A stretch of DNA of 64,000 bases from Macrostomum lignano (taxonomy: Eukaryota). Made by a program: the position numbers and the translations under genes. A model generated the notes under the pieces. That model had not been told where the DNA came from and did no database searches. It saw only the letters and a program-made list of their open reading frames with translations. This document shows positions 11,231-23,806 of the stretch, piece by piece (the stretch's first letter is position 1; the number at the start of each line of letters is the position of its first letter). The DNA is taken from positions 62,001-126,000 of the forward strand of contig NIVC01002740.1 in NCBI GenBank assembly GCA_002269645.1, in the 5' to 3' direction.

Positions 11231-14200
11231 TAAATATAACGCTTGCAGTCAGCGCGGCCGCGCCTTCGCACTCTCGCGCGCGTGCTCCCCCTTTCTCGAC
11301 CTTCTCTGCTCGCGGACCCTTAGCCGTCTGGCCTCCTTGGCCTCTGCCTACCACCGCCTACCTACAGCTCGGCTCCTGCCGACTTTTAGTTGCCAATAAA
11401 TAAACATAAAATTACATGTAATGTCCCGACCGGCCCAATTAGTGTGAAGTCGGCTGCTGTTTAGAATTATAGACTTTAACTTAATCTGATTCACCGCTAC
11501 ACCACGTCTAGTCACTTATTCGTCATACGTGTTACATAAGTGTGTAAACATGCATTTTAAATAAAACAATAGCAAAAGTAACTTTACGTCAGTTTATCAC
11601 ACGCTGTATTAACTGAAACTTACGACCATAGAATATTTGACAGCTGAAAAAGCAAAGGTAAGCAGTAGCCGTACCTGAATTATTATCTATCTAATGTTAT
11701 ATTTGCATGCATAATTTACATATATCTATATCAGCATTGCTTAATTGCACTTCAGGGTCGTTCTCAAAGTTTAGTCGTAAGCAGTGAAACAAATATTTTT
11801 GAAAATCAGCCTGAAATATTGAATCTTTTCTTATTTTAGCTCTAAAAGGACTTAAAAAATATATGCCTCTCATGGGTCTTAATCTTTTTTAACATTGAAC
11901 TTTTGATGTTAATCTCATCAGAGTGCGCTATTTCATTTTTCGATATATATTTTTATTATCGCACGAGCTATAATACCCACTTTAGAGAAGCTACATTCTG
12001 TTCACGTGGTCTTATTAAAGAAGAAAGTTGATAAATGTTATTTATAACTTTGGTTAACACAACCTAGAACCCATTTAACTCTTTCGATTGCAAAGCAGAT
12101 GTTGCTATTTCGATTTTTGCTAGAAACGTAACATTATGAATGATTAAAAAATTCACTTTTAATTAATTTGTTCTGTTGATAGAATAAGCTAATAGCTGCG
12201 TTTTCTGCTGTTTTTTTAAGAAAGATAGTCATATCTAACACTAAAGTATCAATTAAGGCAGTTTCATTCTATAATAAAAAAGAAAAGTTAAATAAATTCA
12301 ATTTTAAGTTTTTTTCAATAGCACAAAATTAACCTAACAAAGAGAGATTTCGCTGACTACAACAAAGCAAGTAGCACCAAAGTTATTTTAATTTAAAGTC
12401 CTCATCTGTGGGATGAGAAAAAGTACCACTTTTTTGTCTCTAGTTATGAAAAAAAAATTTCTCAGCATATTGTTAGGTTTTTTGGATGTTTTTTATGTAC
12501 GCTCGTATTTAGATGAATTTTTGCTATTAATCACCCAATATGTTAGTCAGAACAAACAGAATTTCATTTATGTAGATAAAATTGACTATTTTTCTCTTAA
12601 AAACAGTCGTTTTTTGTTGTTTTCACACAATTTTTTTAACTGATTTAAAATTTGTATTGTAAGTTACAAGTAAACATAATGAGTCAAAACAAGAGGTAGT
12701 AGAAACTGAAAAGAAAATAAGAGTAACGAATAATAAAAAAGTTGCATGATTTGATTAGTCAAGAAATAGTATAAAAACAATTTTGCATCTGATTTATTAT
12801 CTATGAAATTAGCTGTCTGAAGCACAAAAAATTAATTTCTTTGAAACATTAAATTCATTCTCATATGTTCTGCAATTCATTAAAGATATATATGTAGCAA
12901 CTTAAACATTCAGTTGATACTTTCCACCTTTGGATGCATATAGCTACTAACAAGAAAAAAGACAAAAGAAAAAACTTAATTGCCATTGATGCTGGCAATG
13001 TAATATTAAATATGGTACAGAAAGATGGAATCTCTACAGAGTGCTGCCACACGAATTTGTGAAGTGTTTAACAGATTAGTCATGGCAGTACCATAACAGA
13101 CATACTATATTTTATATTACTCTTCGATTGACAATTACGCTTTAGATATGTTTTAGATGATGATTTTCCATTGGGACTGACTCTATATACCGAGGCCAGA
13201 CACAGTTAAGTGCGGCTGACAGCACTGAAGCGGCGGTTAACAGAGAATGCGATGAGCTGTGGCCTGTGGAGACAGCCAGCTGATGTACGAGCATCAGTAA
13301 AAGGGAAAGACATCCAATAGTGTCTTGCTATTGGTTTGTTACATGTACAGCGAACATCTACTTTTATTCTAATGTGATCGATTTAATTCTACTGACCCAA
13401 TTGGCTAAAGCACTGTAAACTGCACACCTCTCGGACGGATATGTAATGCCATTTGCTGCACTTTTACCTGTTTCTCTGCCAGAACACCAGCATCATTGTA
13501 TGTGCCACAATGCTAAGATGTGCAGTGGTCCTTTGGATGTGGTTAGTTCTGCAGGCATCGACGTAATTTATCAAATGAGACGAATTGTATACCGAGCATG
13601 ACAGCTAGTGCAGGGCCAGAATCGATTACAGAGGTTCGCCAGAGCAATTGCAGTGATCCATGTGGCTGCCGAGTCAGACGTCTGTAATAGGCTAATTAAC
13701 TTACCAAGACCAAAGTATTTAATTTAAATTTATAAGCTGCTCTTTTAGTAGTTATGCAGCATAAGAAAATAGTATAGTAAAATAGTAAAATAGTATTAAA
13801 GCTATGTTGCAGAATATAAATGCTTGCTGAATTATTTTTAAAAAAAACGCAAGTCTGTTCGAAAAAAGATACATGCATTTTAGGTTTTAAAAGAAATGGC
13901 TTCCTAGCTCGTTTACTATATATATTCTAATTCAAAAAAACTTTTAATGCTTTAAAAGACATATTTTGCAAGCCTAATTTTTAGCTAAACCAGTTTTGTA
14001 TATTTTAAGCATCATATTTCGGTGTTTAAGTACAATATTAAATTCTTGAGTGGTACAATATCAATTATTTCGGGTGTTTCTTGTTACGCGATAATTTTAA
14101 ATACAAGCAATTTATACGAAAAAAACAAAATGTTGATTTAAAAATAACATTTTCTATTGAAATAATACTTATTAAATAGTAAACATAGAATAAAAGATGT

Positions 14201-14838
14201 ATCTAATTTATAAAAAAATAAAAGAAAACTTGCATTATTTCACAATTTTTGGTCGTTTTATTTTCCGTTGCGAAAAATAACAAATTGCTAGATTTCGTCT
14301 TAAATATTTGGTTTCTTGTGGTTTTAACGGCAGTTTTTTAATTAAATTGACGAAAGAATCGTTTTTGCAAAATAATTACTTTATTCAAAAACTTTTTTTT
14401 CTGTACCAAAACATCATGACCTTAATTTGAGAACTACCCTTCAATCCATGTAAGATCAGTGATTTCAAGTGCAAAAATCTCAAACTGTTGAGAATTAGAT
14501 AAAGTGGTATCTATACAAATATGAAAACTTTCTATTAAAAATTCTTTTAACTGCAGCTTTCTGTATCTAAATAATTTGCAAACTTTGCATCCTATATATA
14601 GCTTTGTTTAAAAAGTTTATTTTGATGCAACGAAAACGAATTTAAAAGTGAACAAATATCGAGTCCAGACTAGATATAGTTAGTTTCCTAATTTTCGATT
14701 TTGACTTACTCCGAAGTTCAGCATTGTTGTGGAATTGCTCCTTTAGCCTCATAAATTTTGTTGTTTTTATCATCTCAAGTTTATGTAGCTAGGGCCCCAA
14801 ACCGATTTTTTTACTTTTTTAAATTTTTTTTAGAGTAG

Positions 14839-14963
14839 CCTAGGGGGGATCCTGAAGATTCCCGCGTTTAATTATAACCCCCACCCCCCACCACCCTTGA
14901 ATAGAGGGCGAAATAATTCCGTAAAATAATTAAACGCGGGAATCTTCAGGATCGCCGCCTAGG
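14839..14963. repeat. Short foldback/MITE-like element with a perfect 28-bp inverted repeat
   Basis: GATCCTGAAGATTCCCGCGTTTAATTAT (14848-14875) and its exact reverse complement (14926-14953), with outer CCTAGG ends. Confidence 0.85.
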
Positions 14964-15363
14964 GCATTGTAGTGTAACTGTAATATAGATTACTGAGTGC
15001 AGATAGGTAGCCATGTGAAAAGTACATTTTAGCCTTAAAAATGCATCAAACAACCCTAGGTCTATCTACCACTTTTTGGTCTGCTAGCAGACAAAGCAAC
15101 TTTTTCAGTAGATAAATTAGATGTAGGTCCTAGAACTTATAGGTACCCATTAGATTGCCTATTAAAGCCTTTTTAATCACAAGAAAGACATGTCATAATA
15201 GCAGACAACATGCTAAGTACCCAATCTAATCAAGACAAAGAGTGTAGGCCTACCTTTTTATAGGATTAAAAGTATAACAATTGGATGATTTTTGTGGTCT
15301 GCATTGAACTGACTTTTATAAGTTGAAACAAACACATATAATTTACTTGTTTAAATAGAAATT

Positions 15364-15662
15364 GCAAAACTATGGCTTATTCCAATTCTCCATATTCTGT
15401 AGCCATAAGGACCCTAATATTACTATATTCCCATAGTTCCCATAGCCATAGTTTTAACAAAAAGTAGATTTAAGTAGATTTAAGTAGTTTTAACAAATAG
15501 AAAACAAAATATTTTGAATCAAGAAGATAACATAGTGCTTAAACAACTGCCAATTAAGTTAGAAAATAAAAGAAACACTCAATTGCCTTTGTAAGATTAT
15601 ATTTTGTCTTTTTACAAAGCAACAATATATAATTGCTGCTGAAAATATGAATGCTAAACTTG
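15364..15662. repeat. About 290-bp dispersed repeat, copy 1 (copy 2 at about 23103-23374)
   Basis: Collinear sequence starting GCAAAACTATGGCTTATTCCAATTCTCC at both sites. Confidence 0.85.
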
Positions 15663-15674
15663 TGCTTATTCCTA

Positions 15675-16155
15675 TGATCCCATGCCAATAATTGCAATTT
15701 TATTCATATAGATCCATGTCAATAATTTCCAGCTTATCCCCACAGTAGCTTACTGGAATAGAGAACCTTAAAATGAATCTGTTCAAAACCATCTACTCGT
15801 TTTCACTGTTTTACAAATTTTCCAAGTAAACAACTGAATAATGAATAGTATCTAGTACTTTGTTAAAACTTTTTCATTGTTAGAGGGTAAATTTTAAATA
15901 TTTGCTTAGCTGCCAGCTTTGCTTAGAACAACCAAATGGACCCTAAGATTGAGGTGAATGAGACTTGCAAAATTGAAAATTCAAAATGTCATAATAATGA
16001 GTAATAATTACTAATAATAATGACAATATTGATTTAATGTCAGTATAAAAAATAAATATAATCAATTGCACAATCTTAGTTGTGGGGATAAGCTAAAATT
16101 ATTGACAGATCCGTACGGATAAAATTAGAATTGTTGACTTGGGACCATGGGGATC
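15675..16155. repeat. Imperfect inverted repeat with arms of about 70 bp, MITE-like
   Basis: AGCTTATCCCCACA (15731-15744) versus TGTGGGGATAAGCT (16081-16094), with further complementary blocks outward. Confidence 0.65.
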
Positions 16156-16888
16156 AACACTTCCTTAATAAAAATTATAGTTTGCTAATGGTTTATTATA
16201 CATTATTAAGGTATATTCTATAATTTTCTAAGTTGATAATATAGTTTACTAAAGTATCTTTGTTTTATTTTGTCTGTTTCTAACATTTTTTTCAATTTTT
16301 TTAAATTAATAAGTACAGCTATAAATAAGAATCTATAGAATATGACAGCAACTAGGCCTAACATATTTCTGTAGTTGTAGCCATAAGAGCAGCTAGCTAC
16401 TATAGGCATATCTATAGCTGCCATAGGCTCCTATTTTATCATGTTTGCTATAGGATACCATAGCTATAGCTATGGCTATGGTGGAACATTACATTAATAG
16501 GCCCTATTAGCAGACAAAAATGTTGTAGACAAAACATAGCAGATGAAATCACTATCAACTGCAGACTGTCACACACTCTTATTCACCATTATTCATAGCC
16601 TAGTCTTAATGACAATAAAAACATGTACCAATGACTAAACTAGGGCCTAAAATATATAAAAACTTATAATAATTTATATCATATAATTCTAAAATATAAC
16701 TGAATAATGCCTAATGGTTACATTAAAACATGATATCATAGGCCTAGGTCATAATTTTATTTAATTCAATACAATTGAATTGGGGGCCTAAGCATTCCGA
16801 TAAGTAGGCCTAGCCTAGGCCTATGCCTCTATCTAGGCCTATAGTTATTAGTTATATCCAAAACTGATTTATATATTCTAATATAATC

Positions 16889-17174
16889 CATACATGCGCA
16901 ACCTCCAAAATTTGGTCGGCCGTGCGACTTAGTTTTAACAAAAATGCGACGTAGTTTTCGGCCAAAAATGCGACTTACATGAAAAAACCTGAAAGCAAAA
17001 TTAACGCAACTTTGGGTAAACGGCAGGAGTAACTATGACTGTCTTTATTAAGGCAAAATGCTTCGTCAGCTACTTAATACTACTTTGGTATTTATTTGGG
17101 TGGGCATTTTTGCAACTTACCTTGGTTGGCCGCCAAATCAGTCGTCCATATCGGCCAACTATTGTGCATGTATG
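16889..17174. mobile_element. 286-bp MITE-like unit sharing the left TIR, with a degenerate right end
   Basis: About 17105-17174 is a direct copy of the 22705-22778 right end and finishes ATTGTGCATGTATG. Confidence 0.65.
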
Positions 17175-17614
17175 GTTTTGACTCTTGTCATTCCTTATCG
17201 TATTTGTACCCCATGTGGCACTAGAACAGTACACTTGACACGGAGTGTTTTAGGCATGATTGTACAGTGTAAGGTTGCAAAAGTGGGGAGTGGCAGAGAT
17301 ACATATGTATATATAGCTGTATGAGTATGATGGCACAAGCTAAGGCTAAGTCAATGCATGCAGAGATAAAAGCAGTCTGTAAAGCCAAATAGTGAAAGTT
17401 AACCTTAACTTATAGCACCTTGGCAGCCTATGCTGTCTGCCTGCATCTGATACGAGCATATAACTAAACTACCAAGGCAATTGGTTGTATTTACACTTTC
17501 TGTACATGAATTGGTAAAGGTAAGGGCTTTTAAATGTTTTATTTATATAGTAATACTCATAAATCAATTTTATTTTATCACCAAAATCATATACTCGACT
17601 TAATCTTTCACAGA

Positions 17615-19202
17615 ATGATGTACAGCCTTAGTTGTCTTTGCCTACTGATTCTAAGTGGCATCCTAGCTATCAATGGTATTCTAGCTGAGAGTGAGTGCTC
17701 AATTGTTATAAATGAGTTAAATACTGATGAGCCTAATATTGGATCTCAAGAATTTTCAGAGTTCATTGAGCTAAAGAAAGTTTGTTCTACAACTGCAATG
17801 CTATTAGGATCAGTGCCAGTGAGACTCCATGATTTTCTTCTGATTGGAGTTCAAGAATATAGCGGCGATTTTAGATGACCTGTGGTTTCATTTTCTGCTG
17901 ACTTCTATCGGTCCTCGGGCTTCAAAACGGACAGCAGTTTCTTTGTTATTGCATCAAAAGGGAAGCAGGAAGCAGCAGATATGTTTTTTACCGATACATC
18001 TATTGGGTATCAGGGAAAAACTAGACATGGGCTGCCAAGTTCCGCTCCTAGTAGATCATCGCAGTCATCCATCATTGATTTTTTCAAGTCTGCTAGTAAG
18101 ACAATTCCAACAGAACCAAATGCATTAAAGAATGGGAATGGTAAAAGTGCTATGGCCATTATTCTCTTGTATCAACGAGACTTTTCTAGATCAGAATCGG
18201 ACAGTTCAAGTTCCACAACTGCCAGTAGCATTGGAAAACTGCGACTAGCTAAAATGCATGCAACACAAAGAAGACCTGTTTATGAAGATAAAATTATCAT
18301 TGATAACTCATTAGCTGAAATTATTAGGAACAATAACAGGTGCACATTTTTGAGTCCATTTATCGTAGGCTAAGAGACAAGCCCAACTACATCTTAAAGC
18401 CAGCAAGAGAATGGGATGAACTTGGTCATGAGGACTATTCAATAAACCGGTGCCCTGAATCCAGCAGTGAGTTACGAAAGCCTTTGCTTTTTACAAGGTG
18501 GAAACTTGGACAGTTGACTCCAGGTAGATAAAATGACTGCTCAGGTGCTCATTGGATTTTAGAGGACAATATTGAAGCCATCATAAATACACCTTCAAGA
18601 GAAGCATGTACATTGGCAGACTCAGCATTAGCATCTGCTTCATCAGCAACAGAAAGAATCGAAATGCGACTAGCTCCTGCTCCAGCTCCATGTTCTGAAA
18701 GCTCACACCGTAGTGAATTGGCCAGGTCCTATGAATTTTCAGAGCAAATAGCAGCTAATCGAGATCATGCTGTTCAAACTGCTGCTGCAGAAACTTCTAA
18801 TTTTTGCTCTGCTGCAAATGTACAGGAAAGAAGAGAGTTGTTGGAGAATGACCAGCAAACAAGCAAACTACAAGTGGAAATTATTAGGCAAGTAAATATT
18901 CAAAGACAATCAACGAAACGATCACTTTGCCAAAGTCCTATTGTTGATTTAGATTCGAGCGACTCAAGGGGTTCAGGTGATGTTGAAATAGTACAAGTAA
19001 ATACTGCAGAAGCAGGGCCATCGCAAAGAAAAATACCATGCATAAGCACATCTGCAGACGCATGTCTAGCCACTTCAGCATCAAAGCCCTCGTCTTCCTC
19101 TATGATGGGCGAAAATATTGAAGTTTTCCCTAAAAAGGACTGGGAGGATACATCTGGTTTTCGAGAGGAGTGGTTACATTCTTTGGAGATGCACCAGTCA
19201 CA
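17615..19202 (+). pseudogene. Signal peptide + lamin-tail-like domain + Ser-rich linker, disrupted (5' exon inside the hAT element)
   Basis: MMYSLSCLCLLILSGILAINGILA followed by IVINELNTDEP...EFIELK, MAIILLY, DYSINRC and LGQLTPGR*NDCSGAHWILE. In-frame stops end at 17878 and 18531, with one frameshift near 18345. The domain call is from motif recall, not a search. Confidence 0.6.
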
Positions 19203-19333
19203 GTAAGTAAATGGAAACTGACGAACTGTAAATTAATGTATAGTGTATTGTGTATTGCACTTATTAGCATATTGCTTTTAGATACTCACAAATAGTCCAA
19301 ATCCCAAAATATTCTCTAATTTGACCATTGCAG

Positions 19334-21720
19334 ATCATTTTCAAGAAAATTTGTGTCACAAGAAATGAAGACATGGTTTCAATATGTTCAAAACACCGAA
19401 GATCTATCAAGATCTGGAATACAATGTCGGATCTGCAGAAAATTTTTGAATGCACATAAGAAAAAGGAGACAAATCTAGAGAGCCAACGTAAGTTAACTT
19501 TTGCAACAGAACAAGGCTACATTCCCAAAGGTCATGCAAAAGATAGCGTACGAAGAAAACTACAGGAACATTCATCAAATACACTTCACAGTGACGCCAT
19601 AAAGTGGATGAAGGAAAAACATACTTCAGTTCTTGCAAAGCAACTCAAACAGATGAATGAGGCCGCTAGACTAGCTAAAACTAAACGAGATGAAATAACA
19701 GCCCGAGTTTTGACAACAGTTTTTTCGCCGAAGTCAAATCTAATATTCCATTCAGTGCTCATCCAAATATGATTGATTTACAAGTAAAAAATGGGTTGGA
19801 TATGGGGAGCCATCATAAGCATCGCAAAAGTGCCGCAGCAATGGTGGAATCAATCAGTAATACAATGCATCGGACATTTGTGAATTACATTAAAAGTGCT
19901 GACAACCTTCCGATTTCTATTGTACTAGATACAACGTCTGATATTCATTCAAACAGCTACGTCATGATATACTTCAGAGTTCTTGAAAACAGCCAACCTT
20001 TGATGTTTTTTTATCGGTTTAAACGTCTGACTGAAGTAGAGACTGGACGAAGCATTTATGAACTTCTCATCCGTTTATTTTCGGATGACAAGCTAGAAGA
20101 TGAAATCAAACGAAGGCTATGGGGGTGACAACTGATGGTGCATCCGTAATGACAGGAAGTCGAGTGGGATTAATAAGTCAACTGAGGCCTTGGGCTAGCA
20201 AACAATTTTTTCAGCACCATTGTGCAGCGCATAAGTTAGAACTTTCAATCTATCATGCCTTTGAAATCTTCCCATTTATGCAACATCTCGATAAGAATAT
20301 AAATTCTCTACACAAATTTTATATGAGCCACGCTGTTAAACGTAAGGCATCTTTGGCACAAACTTCGGAAGCACTCAACTTGGTTTTCTATGAATTAAAA
20401 AGAATATATCGTATCAGGTGGGTTGCATCGGAAGTGTCTGCTCTTGATGTGATTCGAAAGTCATACTACTTGCTTCTGACAAATTTAGAAAATATCAAAT
20501 CACCTTCCTCAGGCTTTGATGACGAAAGTAAAGCAACTGCCTCTGGATTATTGAAAACATTGCAAAATGTCCGGTATTATTCATTACATCTATTTCTCAT
20601 GGACATTCTAAAATTACTGGAATTTGAGTCCTTGCAGTTTCAAAGAGCCAAGGGTACATTTATTGGCTTGCAAGAACGCCACACTAACCTTATCCATTCA
20701 CTAGAAACCTTAAAAACGAACAATGGTCCTCGCATTGTGGACTTTTTGGCTTCCTGCAAGTGTCGTCGAGTTTTGGGAACTGCAGATGGATATCCGCAGC
20801 TGGAATACCATTCAGGATGTCACACAAGAGACCTATCTTATTCTAACTTTGCTTGTCCTTCCGGCCCTGGAAGCAGCGATCCAACAGAGAGGTTTGAGTT
20901 GAAGCAACCAGGTTCTGCTGCAGACAGATCTCTAAGAAATAGATTATTTGATGCTAGTGGACGTGGCAGTGTTGTTGACATGGGAGCTTATCCAGCACTG
21001 GATGAGATTCGCAGTCGAATCATTGATAGCATAATTGATCAGCTGCGTAATTATTTTTCTGAGGATGACTACTCAATATTTAATGTGCTCAACCCAGTGT
21101 TATTGCCTAATGCTGAAACATTACATACTGTCTTTACATACAGTTCGAGAATCATACCTCTTGCTAGACGGTTTGGAATGGAAGATGACAGCTCTGAATC
21201 TGAAACAGAGGACCATCTTTCTGATTCAGACTCTAGAGATGCAGATGCTTCAGAACGCGCTACAGAAAGGACAATCTCTGGTCAGTTCGGTCTACTCCTA
21301 AAAAGTTTGATCACTTCGCATAGTGTTGACTTCTGTGCCTACAAAGGCAAAGGTCCGGTGAAATTTTGGAGTCACTTTCTAGAGACAAGAACTGTTGAAT
21401 GGCTGCCCAGAATAAAGAATCTAATTATGGTTGTGTTAACTTTGCCAATATCATCAGCTGAGGCTAAAAGAGGGTTTTCTATCTATAAGCACATTGCCTA
21501 TGACAGGAGAACACGCTTGGCACCAAAAACATTGGAGCATCTACTACGGATTCGAATAAATGGGCCTCCGCTGATGAAATTTAAGCCGGATATTTATGTC
21601 AATGATTGGCTGAAAAAACACTGGCGTTCTGATGCTCCTGGAGGTCAACGGCAAAAAGAATCCAACGTAGACGAGGAAAATAAAGATTCTGATTCTGATT
21701 TGCTAAGTGGACTATTTTAA
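19334..21720 (+). pseudogene. hAT transposase (ZNF862-like) with an N-terminal zinc-finger-like segment, frameshifted
   Basis: WFQYV...QCRICRK, IVLDTTSD, TTDGASVMTG, HHCAAH, RIRWVAS, LPISSAEAKRGFS and RRTRL motifs. Frameshifts near 19725 and 20118. The catalytic Glu position reads K. Confidence 0.9.
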
Positions 21721-22069
21721 AAGTTTTTTATCAGTTTTAATCTGCTACAATTTTAATCAATTATTACAATGGTACATGCATAATCATTAAGACTACAGTT
21801 CTTCTAAGTTCATATATAAGACCGTTAGAATCTTGCAGTTTTAATTTGCTAATTAAATATTATTAAAAGTATGATTTGCAATTGTAATAGGGCTGAAAAA
21901 TTACTGCTTATAAGTTATTCTATCCCTATTTCTATTCCTTAGCCATTTCTGGCTTCGTAATTCTTAATTTTTCAAATTGATGCGTTAATGCACACGTAGC
22001 CTACACCCTAGTAAGTGATACATTAAATTCATCCTAAACTAATCCTAACCTAATAATCCTAAAGATGCT

Positions 22070-22560
22070 CTGCGACTTAACTCAGTCCTGCTGCGACTTA
22101 CCTCGGCCCTGCTGCGACTTACTCGGTCCTGCTGCGACTTAGCTCGCCCTCGGTGCGACTTAGCTCTCGCTCGGTGCGACTTAGCTCGCCCTCGGTGCGA
22201 CTTAGCTTGGTCCTGCTGCGACTTAGTGCGACTTAGCTCTCGCTCGGTGCGACTTAGTTCGCCCTCGGTGCGACTTAGCTCGGTCCTGCTGCGACTTAGC
22301 TCGCCCTCGGTGCGACTTAGCTCGGTCCTGCTGCGACTTAGCTCGCCCTCGGTGCGACTTAGCTCGGTCCTGCTGCGACTTAGTGCGACTTAGCTCTCGC
22401 TCGGTGCGACTTATTTTGCCCTCGGTGCGACTTAGCTCGCCCTTAGTGCGACTTAGCTCTCGCTCGGTGCGACTTAGTTCGCCCTCGATGCGACTTAGCT
22501 CGGTCCTGCTGCGACTTAGCTTGCCCTCGGTGCGACTTAGCTCGCCCTCGGTGCGACTTA
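22070..22560. repeat. Expanded subterminal array of TGCGACTTAGCTCG units (about 21-22 bp) inside the hAT right end
   Basis: Visible array; the same TGCGACTTA core occurs at 16925-16980. Confidence 0.9.
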
Positions 22561-23102
22561 CCTTGTCTTCAGTGCTGCAACTTACAGCACTTACAACTCT
22601 TTTTGTGTTTTTCTCTTTCTCTTTGCTCCCTTTTTCTCGTTTTTTCCTTTTCCTTTCCCCTTTTTCGTCTTTTGTTTTTTCGTTTTTTTTGGCGGTTAAT
22701 CAATTTTGCGACTTACTTGGTTGGCCGCCAAATCGGTCGGCCGGATCGGCCGACTCGGCCGACTGTTGCGCATGTATGTGCACTCTAAAAGAACAAATTT
22801 TAGTGGACTTTTTAGAGACCTATCTTGTTAAGATGTAAAACTTTATTTTTGTTTTTTTATACCAAATCACTCAACTGGATGTCCTATATTTGAAAACACC
22901 AAGATCCAGCTAATTGGGTCATTAATAACTTGCCCAAGTGCCAAAAAGTACCTAAAAATGACATTTTTTGAAAACTATATTATATTTTTAAAAAGTAGTC
23001 CCCAAAGTTAAGAAAGTGTTTTATGCTATGGTGTTAAGACTTTAGCATAATGTGTAGTGTTCCGCCGTAAGGAGGGTCCATGTACCATAGCCATAGCGAT
23101 AA

Positions 23103-23374
23103 GCAAAACTATGGCTTATTCCAATTCTCCATATTCTGTAGCCGTAGGGACCCCAATATTATCATATTCCCATAGTTCCCGTAGCCATAGCCGTAGTTTT
23201 AACAAAACGTATAGAAAACAAAATATTTTGAATCAAGAAGATAACCTAGTGCTTAAACAACTGCAAATTAAGTTAGAAAATAAAAGAAGCACTCAATTGC
23301 CTTTGTAAGATTATATTTTGTCTTTTTTGAGAGCAACAATACTTAATCATTACTGAAAGTACTAATGCTGAACT
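23103..23374. repeat. About 290-bp dispersed repeat, copy 2
   Basis: Matches 15364-15662. Confidence 0.85.
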
Positions 23375-23740
23375 TTTTCACATTAATAAATTTTCATATT
23401 AGCTACAGCTACGGCGGAACACTAATAAAGTGTCAAAGTATAGAAATTAAATTTCCTAGATTTTCTAAACATTTGGAACTACCTATGTGGAGCAATGGCC
23501 TAGAAACCGACGAAAAAAGGCCAAGGGCTTGACCAAAAATCAGACGTTAAGGAAATTTTTAAAAAATAAGATGAATATTTTTGAGTGTGGTGTCATATTT
23601 AAAGTTAAGTAAAACTCTTGTAATTTTTAAAAGAATGTGTTTTAAAAAAGTTGGTGTTATAAACAATTTTTAGGGCACAAGTCTAAACTAAATGGATTCC
23701 AGATAAAGAAAAATTATGGGGTATCAAGATGATTGTTTCA

Positions 23741-23806
23741 GTGGGGATCAGGAATCAAACCCCTAATGTTCAAGTTGTAAATCCAATACTCTATCTACTA
23801 GGCTAT
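23741..23806 (-). other. Degenerate tRNA-like head (pseudo-tRNA or SINE head)
   Basis: Minus strand TAGCCTAGTAG (A-box-like) and GGTTTGATTCC (B-box-like) at tRNA-like spacing; no clean cloverleaf. Confidence 0.4.

Larger units (their letters stand above)
16889..22778 (+). mobile_element. hAT-superfamily DNA transposon, decayed, about 5.9 kb
   Basis: Perfect 14-bp TIRs CATACATGCGCAAC (16889-16902) and GTTGCGCATGTATG (22765-22778); TGCGACTTA subterminal repeats at both ends; internal transposase. No 8-bp TSD was found. Confidence 0.85.

Noticed and set aside
9589-11536. Longer LTR (TGTGACA...TGTTACA) containing copy B
   Set aside because: The flanks do not match as a TSD and copy A lacks these extensions.
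13100-13700. GC-richer island as a coding or retroelement fragment
   Set aside because: The frames I translated gave no recognisable motif and contained stops.
23741-23806. Functional tRNA gene
   Set aside because: The A and B boxes are degenerate and no acceptor stem can be formed.
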